Below the pieces are notes generated by a model that saw only the letters and a list, made by a program, of their open reading frames with translations, searched no databases and was not told the DNA's origin. The position numbers and the translations under genes are program-made. A stretch of DNA of 64,000 bases, taken from an uncultured archaeon (GTDB taxonomy: Archaea > Aenigmatarchaeota > Aenigmatarchaeia > GW2011-AR5 > JAHLMP01). Below, piece by piece: positions 46,100 through 54,356 of this stretch (positions are counted from its first letter, which is position 1; every line of letters starts with the position of its first letter). Location: the NCBI GenBank assembly GCA_964428495.1, contig CAYRXY010000002.1, positions 19,784-83,783 of the forward strand. Direction: 5' to 3'.

Positions 46100-46861
46100 A
46101 TGGATACTGAAACTGAAAGGATACCTGATGAAAAAGTACAAGAATACGAAGAACAGGCAAAGAAAAGAAGGCTTGTCCTCCCCGGTGATGAACTAGGTTA
46201 TGGGATTGCAGGAAGTGGTACATACATAGAGCATGGTAAGATTATTTCTAAGGTAATTGGATTGGCCGAAGTAAAAAATGATCATCACTTTGTCATTCCA
46301 TTAAATGGAGTCTATACACCAAAGAGAGGAGACGGTGTAATAGGAATAATCAAAGAGGTTGGATTTTCAAAATGGACTGTCGATATAAATTCTCCATATA
46401 GCGCAGTTCTATCTCTGAGTGAAGGTGTAAATGAGTTCGTAGATTTAACAAAAACCGATTTAACAAAGTATTATGATCTAAATGATATAATATTCGCAAA
46501 GGTTCAAACCGTTACGAAGTCTAGAATGGTTGTACTAACAATGAAGGATAGAAGATGTAGAAAGCTTTTCGGTGGTAGAATAATAAAAATAACACCAACC
46601 AAGGTCCCAAGAGTGATTGGAAAGAATGGAAGTATGGTTGAATTGATAAAGAAAAAGACAAAATGTCAAATCGTAGTTGGTCAAAACGGGCTGGTATGGA
46701 TTAGAGGCGAATATCGACATTTAGCTGCAGAAGCTATTAAGAAGATTGAAGCGTATGCTCATATTGTTGGTTTAACAAATAAGATTGATGAGTTTTTAAC
46801 AAAAAAACTAGAGGAAACGGGAATTTCAGAAGAAATTAAAGGTGAAAAAAATGAAGAATGA
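46100..46861 (+). CDS. rrp4: exosome complex RNA-binding protein Rrp4
   Basis: RRLVLPGDELG N-domain, S1 domain PKRGDGVIGIIKEV, KH domain VPRVIGKNGSMVELIKKKT. Confidence 0.92.
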   Translation: MDTETERIPDEKVQEYEEQAKKRRLVLPGDELGYGIAGSGTYIEHGKIISKVIGLAEVKNDHHFVIPLNGVYTPKRGDGVIGIIKEVGFSKWTVDINSPYSAVLSLSEGVNEFVDLTKTDLTKYYDLNDIIFAKVQTVTKSRMVVLTMKDRRCRKLFGGRIIKITPTKVPRVIGKNGSMVELIKKKTKCQIVVGQNGLVWIRGEYRHLAAEAIKKIEAYAHIVGLTNKIDEFLTKKLEETGISEEIKGEKNEE

Positions 46862-47579
46862 AGAGATATTATTAATAAAAGATGGTAAAAGATTGGATGG
46901 TCGTCTTCCAAACGAGATGAGACCTGTTACAGTAAAGGCTGGAATATTAAGGAATGCTGATGGATCTGCGTTGTTTGCATTTGGAAAGACAATAGTAGTT
47001 GCTGGAGTTTATGGACCAAAGCCTGTCCATCCAAGGCATCTAGAAGATCCAGAAAGAGCAATATTAAGAACTATTTATTCAATGGCGCCCTTCTCAACAG
47101 AAGAAAGAATAAGGCCGGGTCCATCAAGAAGGTCAACTGAAATTTCTATGGTTGTCAGGAAGGCTTTGGAACCTGTTCTATTTTTGGAGGAGTTTCCAAA
47201 AACAATGATAGATGTTTATATTGAGATACTTCAAGCCGATGCATCTACGCGGTGTGCTGCAATAAACGCTGCATCTGTTGCACTTGCGGATGCCGGAATT
47301 CCGATGAGGGATTTGATCTCTAGCGTTTCAGTTGGAAAGATAAATGGCCAGATCGTCGTCGATATTGCAGGAAAGGAGGATGAATTTGGTGATGTTGACT
47401 TTCCAATCGCATATTATCCAAGAAGGAAACAGATTACGCTAATGCAAATGGATGGTATCATAACAAAAGATGAGATAAAGGAGGCTGTACAACTTGCAAT
47501 AAAAGGATGTGAAAAAATTTACGAAAAACAAAAAGAGTCATTAAGGAAAGAGTATACAGAACTTGAACCAAATTTATAG
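46851..47579 (+). CDS. rrp41: exosome complex exonuclease Rrp41
   Basis: DGKRLDGRLPNEMRPV..NADGSALFAFGKTIVVAGVYGP RNase PH fold. SD AAAGGTGA. Confidence 0.95.
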   Translation: MKNEEILLIKDGKRLDGRLPNEMRPVTVKAGILRNADGSALFAFGKTIVVAGVYGPKPVHPRHLEDPERAILRTIYSMAPFSTEERIRPGPSRRSTEISMVVRKALEPVLFLEEFPKTMIDVYIEILQADASTRCAAINAASVALADAGIPMRDLISSVSVGKINGQIVVDIAGKEDEFGDVDFPIAYYPRRKQITLMQMDGIITKDEIKEAVQLAIKGCEKIYEKQKESLRKEYTELEPNL

Positions 47580-47588
47580 GGTGATTTG

Positions 47589-47813
47589 ATGGCATGGAAA
47601 GAAAATTTTGATTGGATTGGAAAAAATTATGGTAATCTCGTGAAAGAGTATAAAGATAAATGGATTGCTGTTTTAGATAAGAAAGTGATAGGAGTTGCAG
47701 ATAGTTTAGAAAAGTTGAAAAAGATGGTTAAGAACAAGAGTAAAGATCGTTTAGAAGAGATTGCATTTGAATTTATAACAGATAAAAAATTTCCAGATTT
47801 TGATAGCGGGTGA
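47589..47813 (+). CDS. small hypothetical protein (74 aa) inserted in the exosome operon
   Basis: ORF between rrp41 and rrp42, with SD GGGTGA. EYKDKWIAVLDKKVIGVADSLEKLKKMV resembles small archaeal DUF5678-type proteins (weak). Confidence 0.55.
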   Translation: MAWKENFDWIGKNYGNLVKEYKDKWIAVLDKKVIGVADSLEKLKKMVKNKSKDRLEEIAFEFITDKKFPDFDSG

Positions 47814-47818
47814 AAAAT

Positions 47819-48604
47819 ATGATAGTTGAAAAAGAAATTATTCGAGAAATAATTGAAAGGGGAAGCAGGTTGGATGGAAGAGGCTTTCACCAGTTTAGAG
47901 ATATGAAGATAGAGACCGGTGTAATTCCAAAGGCAGAGGGTTCCGCGAGGGTTGAAATTGGAGATACAAAGGTTATGGTCGGCGTTAAATTAGAACCGGG
48001 TGAACCTTTTCCAGATTCTCCTAACGAAGGGATACTCATGGTTTCATGTGAATTGGTTCCACTTGCATCTCCTGAATTCGAACCAGGCCCACCCGGTGAA
48101 GAAGCAATAGAGATAGCTCGTGTTGTTGACCGGGCTATTCGTGAATCAAACGCAATAGATTTAGAAAAGCTCGTGATAAAGGAAGGTAAAGTATGGAAGG
48201 TTATGATAGATATAGTTGTTCTTGATGATGGTGGAAACTTAATAGACGCAGCAAGCTTAGGTGCAATAAGTGCATTGTTGGATACAAAAATTCCAGCGTA
48301 CACGGTTGAAGGGGATGAAATCAAAATCGATAGAACCGTAAAGGAAACTCCATTACCACTAAAACGAAAGCCAATTTGTGTGACTGTGGTAAAAATAGGA
48401 AACAAATTACTTCTTGATCCGAATCGTTCGGAGGAAGAAGCAATGGATGCAAGATTAACGCTAGGTGTTTTTGAAGAAGATGAAGAAATAAAGTTTTGTG
48501 CTATGCAGAAGGGGGGAAATGGCGGTATAACTTATGAGGAGTTTGAAAGGATTTTAGATCTCGTAACAGAGAAGGCAAAAAAACTACTGAAACACGTAAA
48601 ATAA
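47819..48604 (+). CDS. rrp42: exosome complex protein Rrp42
   Basis: GSRLDGRGFHQFRDMKIETGVIPKAEGSARVEIGDTKVMVGVK RNase PH-like. SD GGGTGA. Confidence 0.94.
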   Translation: MIVEKEIIREIIERGSRLDGRGFHQFRDMKIETGVIPKAEGSARVEIGDTKVMVGVKLEPGEPFPDSPNEGILMVSCELVPLASPEFEPGPPGEEAIEIARVVDRAIRESNAIDLEKLVIKEGKVWKVMIDIVVLDDGGNLIDAASLGAISALLDTKIPAYTVEGDEIKIDRTVKETPLPLKRKPICVTVVKIGNKLLLDPNRSEEEAMDARLTLGVFEEDEEIKFCAMQKGGNGGITYEEFERILDLVTEKAKKLLKHVK

Positions 48605-48639
48605 TTTTACTTTAAATTTTAGAGATCGACATAAGAATT

Positions 48640-49233
48640 ATGCGTGCATTTCTTGTTATTGGTAATAAAGTTGTGACTAGACCATTTAGCTTAAATGACC
48701 TTCCTGGTGCCGGTAGAATGGATATTCTTTGTCGTTGCGTTTCTCAGTCATTATTGATCTCACATGGTATACGAAAAGATTCTGAAATTTATTTAATGTT
48801 ATTAGGTGAACCGGAACCATCAAAAGTAGTAAGAATCGTTGGGAGCGAAGTTAAAAATCTTGCTCCTGATGAAAGGAACGCTGCTGGATTAATTAGAAAA
48901 GCACTTAGTATGATCGTCGGAAGTGAATGGAAAAGGAGTAGTCCTGGTATTTATGTAGTAAAGAAAGATCTTGGATCTCTACTCAATGAGTTATCTAAAA
49001 AGTATGAGATTGTTTATTTAAGAGAAGATGGAAAAGATATTAGGAAAGTGATAAAGAAACTAAAAGATCCACTTTTCGTTCTTGGTGATCATTTAGGTTT
49101 AAAAAAAGCAGATGAAGAAATCGTACTAGAATATACTAATCTTATTGTTAACGTTTCTTCACTATCCCTTCAAGCAGATCAGTGTATAACAATAGTGAAT
49201 TATGAATTGGACAGAATAGGCAATAACTTTTAA
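48640..49233 (+). CDS. trmY: tRNA (pseudouridine54-N1)-methyltransferase TrmY (SPOUT, DUF358)
   Basis: MRAFLVIGNKV..FSLNDLPGAGRMDILCRCVSQSLLISHGIR matches TrmY. Confidence 0.85.
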   Translation: MRAFLVIGNKVVTRPFSLNDLPGAGRMDILCRCVSQSLLISHGIRKDSEIYLMLLGEPEPSKVVRIVGSEVKNLAPDERNAAGLIRKALSMIVGSEWKRSSPGIYVVKKDLGSLLNELSKKYEIVYLREDGKDIRKVIKKLKDPLFVLGDHLGLKKADEEIVLEYTNLIVNVSSLSLQADQCITIVNYELDRIGNNF

Positions 49234-49260
49234 ATCTCAATAACCAAAATCTATTAAGAT

Positions 49261-49333
49261 GCGCCGGTAGTCCAGTTGGTTAAGACACGGCCCTGCCACG
49301 GCCGTGACCCGGGTTCGAATCCCGGCCGGCGCA
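49261..49333 (+). tRNA. tRNA-Gly (anticodon GCC)
   Basis: Acceptor GCGCCGG/CCGGCGC, anticodon stem CGGCC/GGCCG with loop CTGCCAC, T-arm CCGGG TTCGAAT CCCGG. Confidence 0.94.
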
Positions 49334-49362
49334 TTTTTATTATTTCTCACAAATAATATAGT

Positions 49363-49872
49363 ATGGAACGACCTTCAAAGGATGGATACTATTTAAACAT
49401 TGCAAAGATAGTTGGTCGGCGTTCTACTTGTCTTCGTAGAAAATTTGGTGCTGTAATCGTAGTGGATGACGCGATCGTTTCTACTGGATACAACGGACCT
49501 GCTCGTGGTGTTGTAAATTGTGAAGAAGTTGGCTGTGCAAAGGATCTGGCAAATATACCCTCTTATCAGGGATATGATGTCTGTCCGGCAGTTCACGCAG
49601 AGGAAAACGCTGTAATAAACGCAGCGCGTTTAGGAGCCAAGGTACTGGGTGGCACGCTATATATAGTAGGTCAGTCACCAGACGGTAAGCCTGTGCCTTC
49701 ACATCCATGTGATCGATGTAAGCGCGTTCTGATCAATGCTGGTATCGAGAGGGTAGTGACTGAGAATGAAAATGGGGACATAATTGTATTCAACGTCAAA
49801 GACTGGATAAGATACGACACGGACAAATATAAGAAGTTGGTAGAAGACTTGAAAAAATCTAAACAAGGATAG
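49363..49872 (+). CDS. dCMP (deoxycytidylate) deaminase
   Basis: CPAVHAEENAVINAA and PCDRCKRVLINAGI zinc-ligand motifs (HAE / PCxxC). Confidence 0.9.
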   Translation: MERPSKDGYYLNIAKIVGRRSTCLRRKFGAVIVVDDAIVSTGYNGPARGVVNCEEVGCAKDLANIPSYQGYDVCPAVHAEENAVINAARLGAKVLGGTLYIVGQSPDGKPVPSHPCDRCKRVLINAGIERVVTENENGDIIVFNVKDWIRYDTDKYKKLVEDLKKSKQG

Positions 49873-49916
49873 GTTATTCCTAAAAAGAATTTATTAAATT
49901 GTTTCTAATTTTTAGT

Positions 49917-50255
49917 ATGGTAAAATCAAAGTCACAAATGCTAAAAATAATAGGTATGAGGAAAAAGATTGCAAAAGAGAGGATTCAAATTCTCTTTGAG
50001 GAAGCGGAGAAAGCCGCAAAAAAAGATAGATTCGAGCTTGCTGATCGATACGTCGAACTTGCAAGAAAGATTGGGATGAGATACAACGTCCGAATACCAC
50101 GTGAACTTAAAAGACGTTTCTGTAAGTATTGTTATACCTATCTATATCCTGGAAAAACTGCAGAGGTAAAAATAGATTCTAAAAAAAAGGTCGTAAAGGT
50201 AAAATGTCTAAAATGCGGAAAGGTAATGAACTTTCCATATGTAAAAAGAAGGTGA
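49917..50255 (+). CDS. rnp4: RNase P protein component 4 (Rpp21/Rnp4)
   Basis: IAKERIQILFEEAEK..LADRYVELARKIGMRYNVRIP..FCKYCYTYL..VKCLKCG is the zinc ribbon of Rpp21. Confidence 0.85.
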   Translation: MVKSKSQMLKIIGMRKKIAKERIQILFEEAEKAAKKDRFELADRYVELARKIGMRYNVRIPRELKRRFCKYCYTYLYPGKTAEVKIDSKKKVVKVKCLKCGKVMNFPYVKRR

Positions 50256-50259
50256 GAAA

Positions 50260-51126
50260 ATGAATAAGAATATAGCGATAATAGGAGATGTAAAGACGGA
50301 TCTTGGAAAAAAAGGAAATACAGTAGATATTCAGTATTTTTCAAAAAATTATCTTGGGGATATTTATAGTATATTTCTCCCTATTAAGTATCCAGAAAAA
50401 GTTCAAAGCCTTCTTGTTGCTATAAATCTCGCGGACTTTGTTATCCTTAAAATTGATAAGATTGATTGGATGTTGGGAGAAGAAATAGTTGCATGTGAAC
50501 TTCTTGGAAAGAAGGGTATCATCTTTACTGAAGAATGGATATACTCTGAGGTAAAAAGATTCATAGAAGGAACATCATTATCTAAATGGCCGTTAGTTAA
50601 AAGCGATGAAGAAATGTGGGAATATCTGAGAGAGTGGAAACCTAAGGAAAGAGATGGTAAAGAAATATGGATAGATCAATCCTTTAAGGTGAAGAGTGTC
50701 GGTACGGTCGTACTTGGTGTTCTAAAGGCTGGTAGTATCTCAGTTCATGATAGGTATAAAATATTTCCAGCTGAAAAAGAGATCGAAATAAAAAGCATTC
50801 AGATGCAAGACAAAGATCAGAAAAATGCATGCTGTAATGCGAGGGTTGGTTTGTCGTTGAAAGGAATTGAACCTGAGGAAATCCCAAGAGGAAGTATAAT
50901 CGGTGATTCAAAGCTGGTAGAATCCATAGAGAGTTGGGAAAAATTAAAATTTTACAAGGGAGATGAGAAGAAAATAACACATATCTTTCATGGTATTTCA
51001 TTCGTGGGATACCAAAATGGAAAAATAGTAAAAGCTATACCAAAATCAAAAACAAACAATAGATTCCTACTAATTGAAAACACCGATAAAGAGCATCTAA
51101 GGATTGCCGGCTACGGTGAATTTTAG
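50260..51126 (+). CDS. EF-Tu domain-2-containing GTPase-like protein with degenerate G motifs
   Basis: KVKSVGTVVLGVLKAGSISVHDRYKIFP..IKSIQMQDKDQKNACCNARVGLSLKGIEPEEIPRGSIIG is an EF-Tu D2 barrel. The N-terminal IAIIGDVKTDLGKKGN lacks GxxxxGK[ST]. Confidence 0.65.
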   Translation: MNKNIAIIGDVKTDLGKKGNTVDIQYFSKNYLGDIYSIFLPIKYPEKVQSLLVAINLADFVILKIDKIDWMLGEEIVACELLGKKGIIFTEEWIYSEVKRFIEGTSLSKWPLVKSDEEMWEYLREWKPKERDGKEIWIDQSFKVKSVGTVVLGVLKAGSISVHDRYKIFPAEKEIEIKSIQMQDKDQKNACCNARVGLSLKGIEPEEIPRGSIIGDSKLVESIESWEKLKFYKGDEKKITHIFHGISFVGYQNGKIVKAIPKSKTNNRFLLIENTDKEHLRIAGYGEF

Positions 51127-51300
51127 GTTCATAGAGGGTGAAGAAATCTATTATCTGCTCTGAATCAATCATTTTCTCCAGTTCATATATGACTGCATTA
51201 AAATATTTTCTAAACCCTCTCTTCGATTATTTCCAATCTTCTTCGTTAAGATCCTCAAAGTGATCAAAGTTTTAAAAGAATTATAAGGAGAATTATAAAA

Positions 51301-51633
51301 ATGGAAACCATAAAATTTGATGACTTTGCAAAAATCGACCTCCGAATTGCAAGAATTGTTAGCGCAGAGAAGATCGAAGGGGCTGATAAACTGTTAAAAC
51401 TTATCGTGAGTCTCGGAGAAGAGGAAAGGCAAATAGTGGCCGGGATTGCACAGCACTATTCTCCAGAAGAGCTTGTAGGAAAAAAGATTGTTCTTGTTGC
51501 AAATCTTGAACCGAAGAAGCTCCGTGGAGTCGAGTCACAAGGAATGCTTCTTGCAGCCGTGAAAGGAAATGATGAGGAGATCGCACTGCTTATACCTGAT
51601 AAAGACATAGGAGAAGGAACAAAGGTGAGTTGA
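51301..51633 (+). CDS. tRNA-binding domain protein (Trbp111/CsaA/MetRS C-terminal-like)
   Basis: FAKIDLRIARIVSAEKIEGADKLLKL..VAGIAQHYSPEELVGKKIVLVANLEPKKLRGVESQGMLLAA. Confidence 0.88.
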   Translation: METIKFDDFAKIDLRIARIVSAEKIEGADKLLKLIVSLGEEERQIVAGIAQHYSPEELVGKKIVLVANLEPKKLRGVESQGMLLAAVKGNDEEIALLIPDKDIGEGTKVS

Positions 51634-52176
51634 TTGGATCGAGAGGAAGCATTACAACTTGTAAATAAACTTGGCGACAAGATGAAGAAGCATTCCCTAG
51701 CAGTAGAGGCGATCATGAGAGAGTTGGCAGAATATCTTAGTGAAAATAAGGAACTATGGGGTCTTGTAGGTCTTCTTCATGACATAGACTATGAAGAGAC
51801 GAAAAATAATCCAGAGAAACACGGTCTAATTGCTGCTGATCGATTGATAGGTAAATTACCAGATAAAGCTATATATGCAATAAAGGCACACAATTCAAGA
51901 AACGGATTTGAACCGAAGAGTAAACTTGATTATGCACTTATTGCGAGCGATGCAGTCTCTGGACTGATTATAGCATGTGCACTCATACTTCCTACCAAGA
52001 AGTTAGAGGATGTAACTATGGATTTTGTTATGAAAAAGTTTAAGCAGAAGGACTTCGCAAGAGGTGCAAGCAGAGAGAGAATTTTGTACTGCGAAAAAAT
52101 CGGGTTGACAAAAGAGAAACTCTTCGAGTTGGCTCTAAAAGGTCTTCAGAGAATAAATAACGAGCTAGGATTATGA
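51634..52176 (+). CDS. HD-superfamily hydrolase (COG2316-like)
   Basis: KHSLAVEAIMRELA..LVGLLHDIDYEET..HG. TTG start abuts the upstream stop. Confidence 0.85.
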   Translation: MDREEALQLVNKLGDKMKKHSLAVEAIMRELAEYLSENKELWGLVGLLHDIDYEETKNNPEKHGLIAADRLIGKLPDKAIYAIKAHNSRNGFEPKSKLDYALIASDAVSGLIIACALILPTKKLEDVTMDFVMKKFKQKDFARGASRERILYCEKIGLTKEKLFELALKGLQRINNELGL

Positions 52177-52249
52177 AAATGGGGAAAAGTTAAATTTTTA
52201 ATACTTTCAATTTAAATTATTCTCTTATTATAAAGTTTATGGTGGTGTA

Positions 52250-52675
52250 ATGGTTTCGATAAAGGAAGTCCCATGTCAAAAGTTGATTGAAGTATTGGCG
52301 GAGGAATTGAAAAAAGAAAAAATAATTGAATATCCTGAATGGGCAAGATATGTTAAAACGGGCTCCTTCAAAGAGAGGCCACCGGAGCAGGAAAATTGGT
52401 GGTACTTGCGAGCTGCAAGCACTTTAAGGCGCATTGCTCTAGATGGACCAGTAGGTGTTCAACGATTAAGAACTTACTATGGCGGTAGAAAAAATCTTGG
52501 TCATCAACCATCTCATTTCAAAAGGGCTGGTGGGAAAATCATAAGAAACATACTGCAACAGCTCGAAGAGGCTGGTTTAATAGAGCAGAAAAAAGAAGGA
52601 AGGAAAGGGAGAATTCTAACCCCAACCGGTCAGAAGTTCATCGATAAAGTAATAAAGAAGGTGATAAAGCAATGA
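52250..52675 (+). CDS. rps19e: 30S ribosomal protein eS19
   Basis: PEWARYVKTGSFKERPPEQENWWYLRAASTLRRI..GVQRLRTYYGG. Confidence 0.94.
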   Translation: MVSIKEVPCQKLIEVLAEELKKEKIIEYPEWARYVKTGSFKERPPEQENWWYLRAASTLRRIALDGPVGVQRLRTYYGGRKNLGHQPSHFKRAGGKIIRNILQQLEEAGLIEQKKEGRKGRILTPTGQKFIDKVIKKVIKQ

Positions 52676-52938
52676 TAGATCCCAATATGGTAAATCCACA
52701 GCAACTAGAAGAGGAGCTAAAGGTTATAAGGAAGACGCTTGCAAAAATATTGGATAAGAAAGCTATGGAAAGGCTCGCAAATGTAAGACTTGTGAAACCT
52801 GAGCTTGCTGTTCAATTAGAATTGTATTTATATCAACTTTATCAAACAGGTCAGCTTGATCATGTCACAGATGAGCAGATGAAATCGATTTTACAACAGC
52901 TTAACAAAAAACCTGAATTTAAAATAAGGTGGAAATGA
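52672..52938 (+). CDS. PDCD5-like dsDNA-binding protein
   Basis: 88 aa. AMERLANVRLVKPELAVQLELYLYQLYQTGQL. Conserved position after rps19e. Confidence 0.8.
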   Translation: MIDPNMVNPQQLEEELKVIRKTLAKILDKKAMERLANVRLVKPELAVQLELYLYQLYQTGQLDHVTDEQMKSILQQLNKKPEFKIRWK

Positions 52939-53102
52939 TGGCATCTCGAAAACCTGCGGGTAAAAAGTTGAAGTTGGTAGCTGCTCAGACAAAAAGAGCT
53001 CCAAGATGGGCAGATATAAAAAAGTTTGGATTGAAGAGAGCTAGAACAAGGAGAATTAGATCAGACACAAAACATTGGAGAAAAGGAAGAATAAAGGTGT
53101 AG
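52935..53102 (+). CDS. rpl39e: 50S ribosomal protein eL39
   Basis: Not in the track (55 aa). MMASRKPAGKKLKLVAAQTKRAPRWADIKKFGLKRARTRRIRSDTKHWRKGRIKV. ATGA overlap with the upstream gene. Confidence 0.88.
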   Translation: MMASRKPAGKKLKLVAAQTKRAPRWADIKKFGLKRARTRRIRSDTKHWRKGRIKV

Positions 53103-53110
53103 GTGGTTGA

Positions 53111-53677
53111 ATGGAAGAAAAGAAAAACCAAAAAGATAAGGTGCAAAATACTGATAAGAAAGTTGAAAAATCAAAATCTAAGGTTAAGAGAGAGAAGAAG
53201 GAGTTCCAATTACCTGCAAATGCAAAGGTATTTACAGCACCTCTTAGAAAGGCTTTCAAGAAAACAAGAAAGAAAAGAGTTCCTTATGCTATCAAAATTC
53301 TAAAGGAATTTGTAAGAAGGCATATGAAGGTAAAGGAAGGAGAAGTAAAGATAGGTACTCACTTGAATGAAAAGATGTGGGAAAGAGGTATAGAAAAACC
53401 ACCAAGGCGTGTAAGGATTTATGTTGTAAAAGTTGATAATGAATATCGAGCAGAACTTCTTGGATTTGAATATAAAGAATTCAAACCGATAAAAGTTGAA
53501 GAGAAAGGACTGACCGATAAATTGATGTCAAGATTAGGTCCTAAGGCGTTGAAGAAACAGGAAGAAGAAAAAATGATAGAAGGAAAGAAGGAAAAGAAAA
53601 TCAAGGATGAAAAAAAGGTCGAAAATGAAAAGAATGAAGAAAAAGGCGTTGAGAATGTCAAACCATCTTCTAACTGA
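53111..53677 (+). CDS. rpl31e: 50S ribosomal protein eL31 with K/E-rich N- and C-terminal extensions
   Basis: Core VFTAPLRKAF..KILKEFVRRHMK..IGTHLNEKMWERGIEKPPRRVRIYV. 188 aa, versus about 90 aa for the core. Confidence 0.9.
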   Translation: MEEKKNQKDKVQNTDKKVEKSKSKVKREKKEFQLPANAKVFTAPLRKAFKKTRKKRVPYAIKILKEFVRRHMKVKEGEVKIGTHLNEKMWERGIEKPPRRVRIYVVKVDNEYRAELLGFEYKEFKPIKVEEKGLTDKLMSRLGPKALKKQEEEKMIEGKKEKKIKDEKKVENEKNEEKGVENVKPSSN

Positions 53678-54311
53678 TTTTTTAGGCGACCCAAACCTTG
53701 GTTTGTTCGGTTTTGCCACGGATAAGTATTGCTTATTGGGAGAAGGATTAAAGCATTATAATGAAATAGAAGATGTTCTAGGGGTAAAAGTAATAAAAAC
53801 TAGAATTCTGGGAACAAATCTCGTAGGGATTTTTTCTGCTGGAAATTCTAAAGGGGTAGTTGTTCCTTCATTGGCATACGATTATGAAATTGAAAATCTG
53901 AGAAAGGAACTAAATGTGTTGGTCTTGGAATCTGAATACACGGCTCTGGGAAATCTTATACTCGTGAACGATAATGGCTGTGTTTTATCGCCTCTTCTAA
54001 AGAAACATAAGGAAGAATTAGAAAAATTCTTCGGTGTGAAATGTCGAGTAATGAAGATTACTAAATTGAATGTTGTCGGTTCAGCTGCTATAGCAAATCG
54101 TCATGGTTGTTTAGTTCATCCCAATACTACTGATGAAGAAGGTGAAATTATCAAAAAAATATTAAAGGTTAAAAACGTTGATGTAGGAACTGCAAACTTC
54201 GGTTCTCCGTTCATTGGTGCAGGAATAATTGCAAATTCAAAGGGATTTTTAACGTCATACCACACCACAGGTCCAGAAATGGCAAGAATAGATGAGGTTT
54301 TATTCAAGTAA
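53655..54311 (+). CDS. eif6: translation initiation factor aIF6
   Basis: FLGDPNLGLFGFATDKYCLL and five-fold pseudo-repeat (GTNLVGIF, LGNLILVND, VGSAAIANRHG, IGAGIIANSKG). Start at ATG 53655. Confidence 0.92.
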   Translation: MSNHLLTDFLGDPNLGLFGFATDKYCLLGEGLKHYNEIEDVLGVKVIKTRILGTNLVGIFSAGNSKGVVVPSLAYDYEIENLRKELNVLVLESEYTALGNLILVNDNGCVLSPLLKKHKEELEKFFGVKCRVMKITKLNVVGSAAIANRHGCLVHPNTTDEEGEIIKKILKVKNVDVGTANFGSPFIGAGIIANSKGFLTSYHTTGPEMARIDEVLFK

Positions 54312-54356
54312 TTTTACTATTTATAGATTCCTCTACTTATTAGAAATGTGATAAAT

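Noticed and set aside
47887-48405. 172-aa minus-strand ORF
   Set aside because: Antisense to rrp42, with a low-complexity S/I/P-rich product. The same reasoning applies to 34502..34927 (antisense to aIF2-alpha), 42757..43155 (antisense to dph6), 54317..54643 (antisense to pfdA), 19538..19867, and the short ORFs antisense to the GDH gene at 59105-59944.
51127-51300. Gene remnant or small ORF in the 174-nt gap before the tRNA-binding protein gene
   Set aside because: The minus-strand reading gives only short fragments (for example FDHFEDLNEEDWK-stop) with no start context or recognisable family. The evidence is insufficient.
53103-53303. 66-aa ORF in an alternative frame at the start of rpl31e
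   Set aside because: It overlaps the eL31 frame, which carries recognisable conserved motifs. The K/R-rich product is a frame artefact of A/G-rich sequence.
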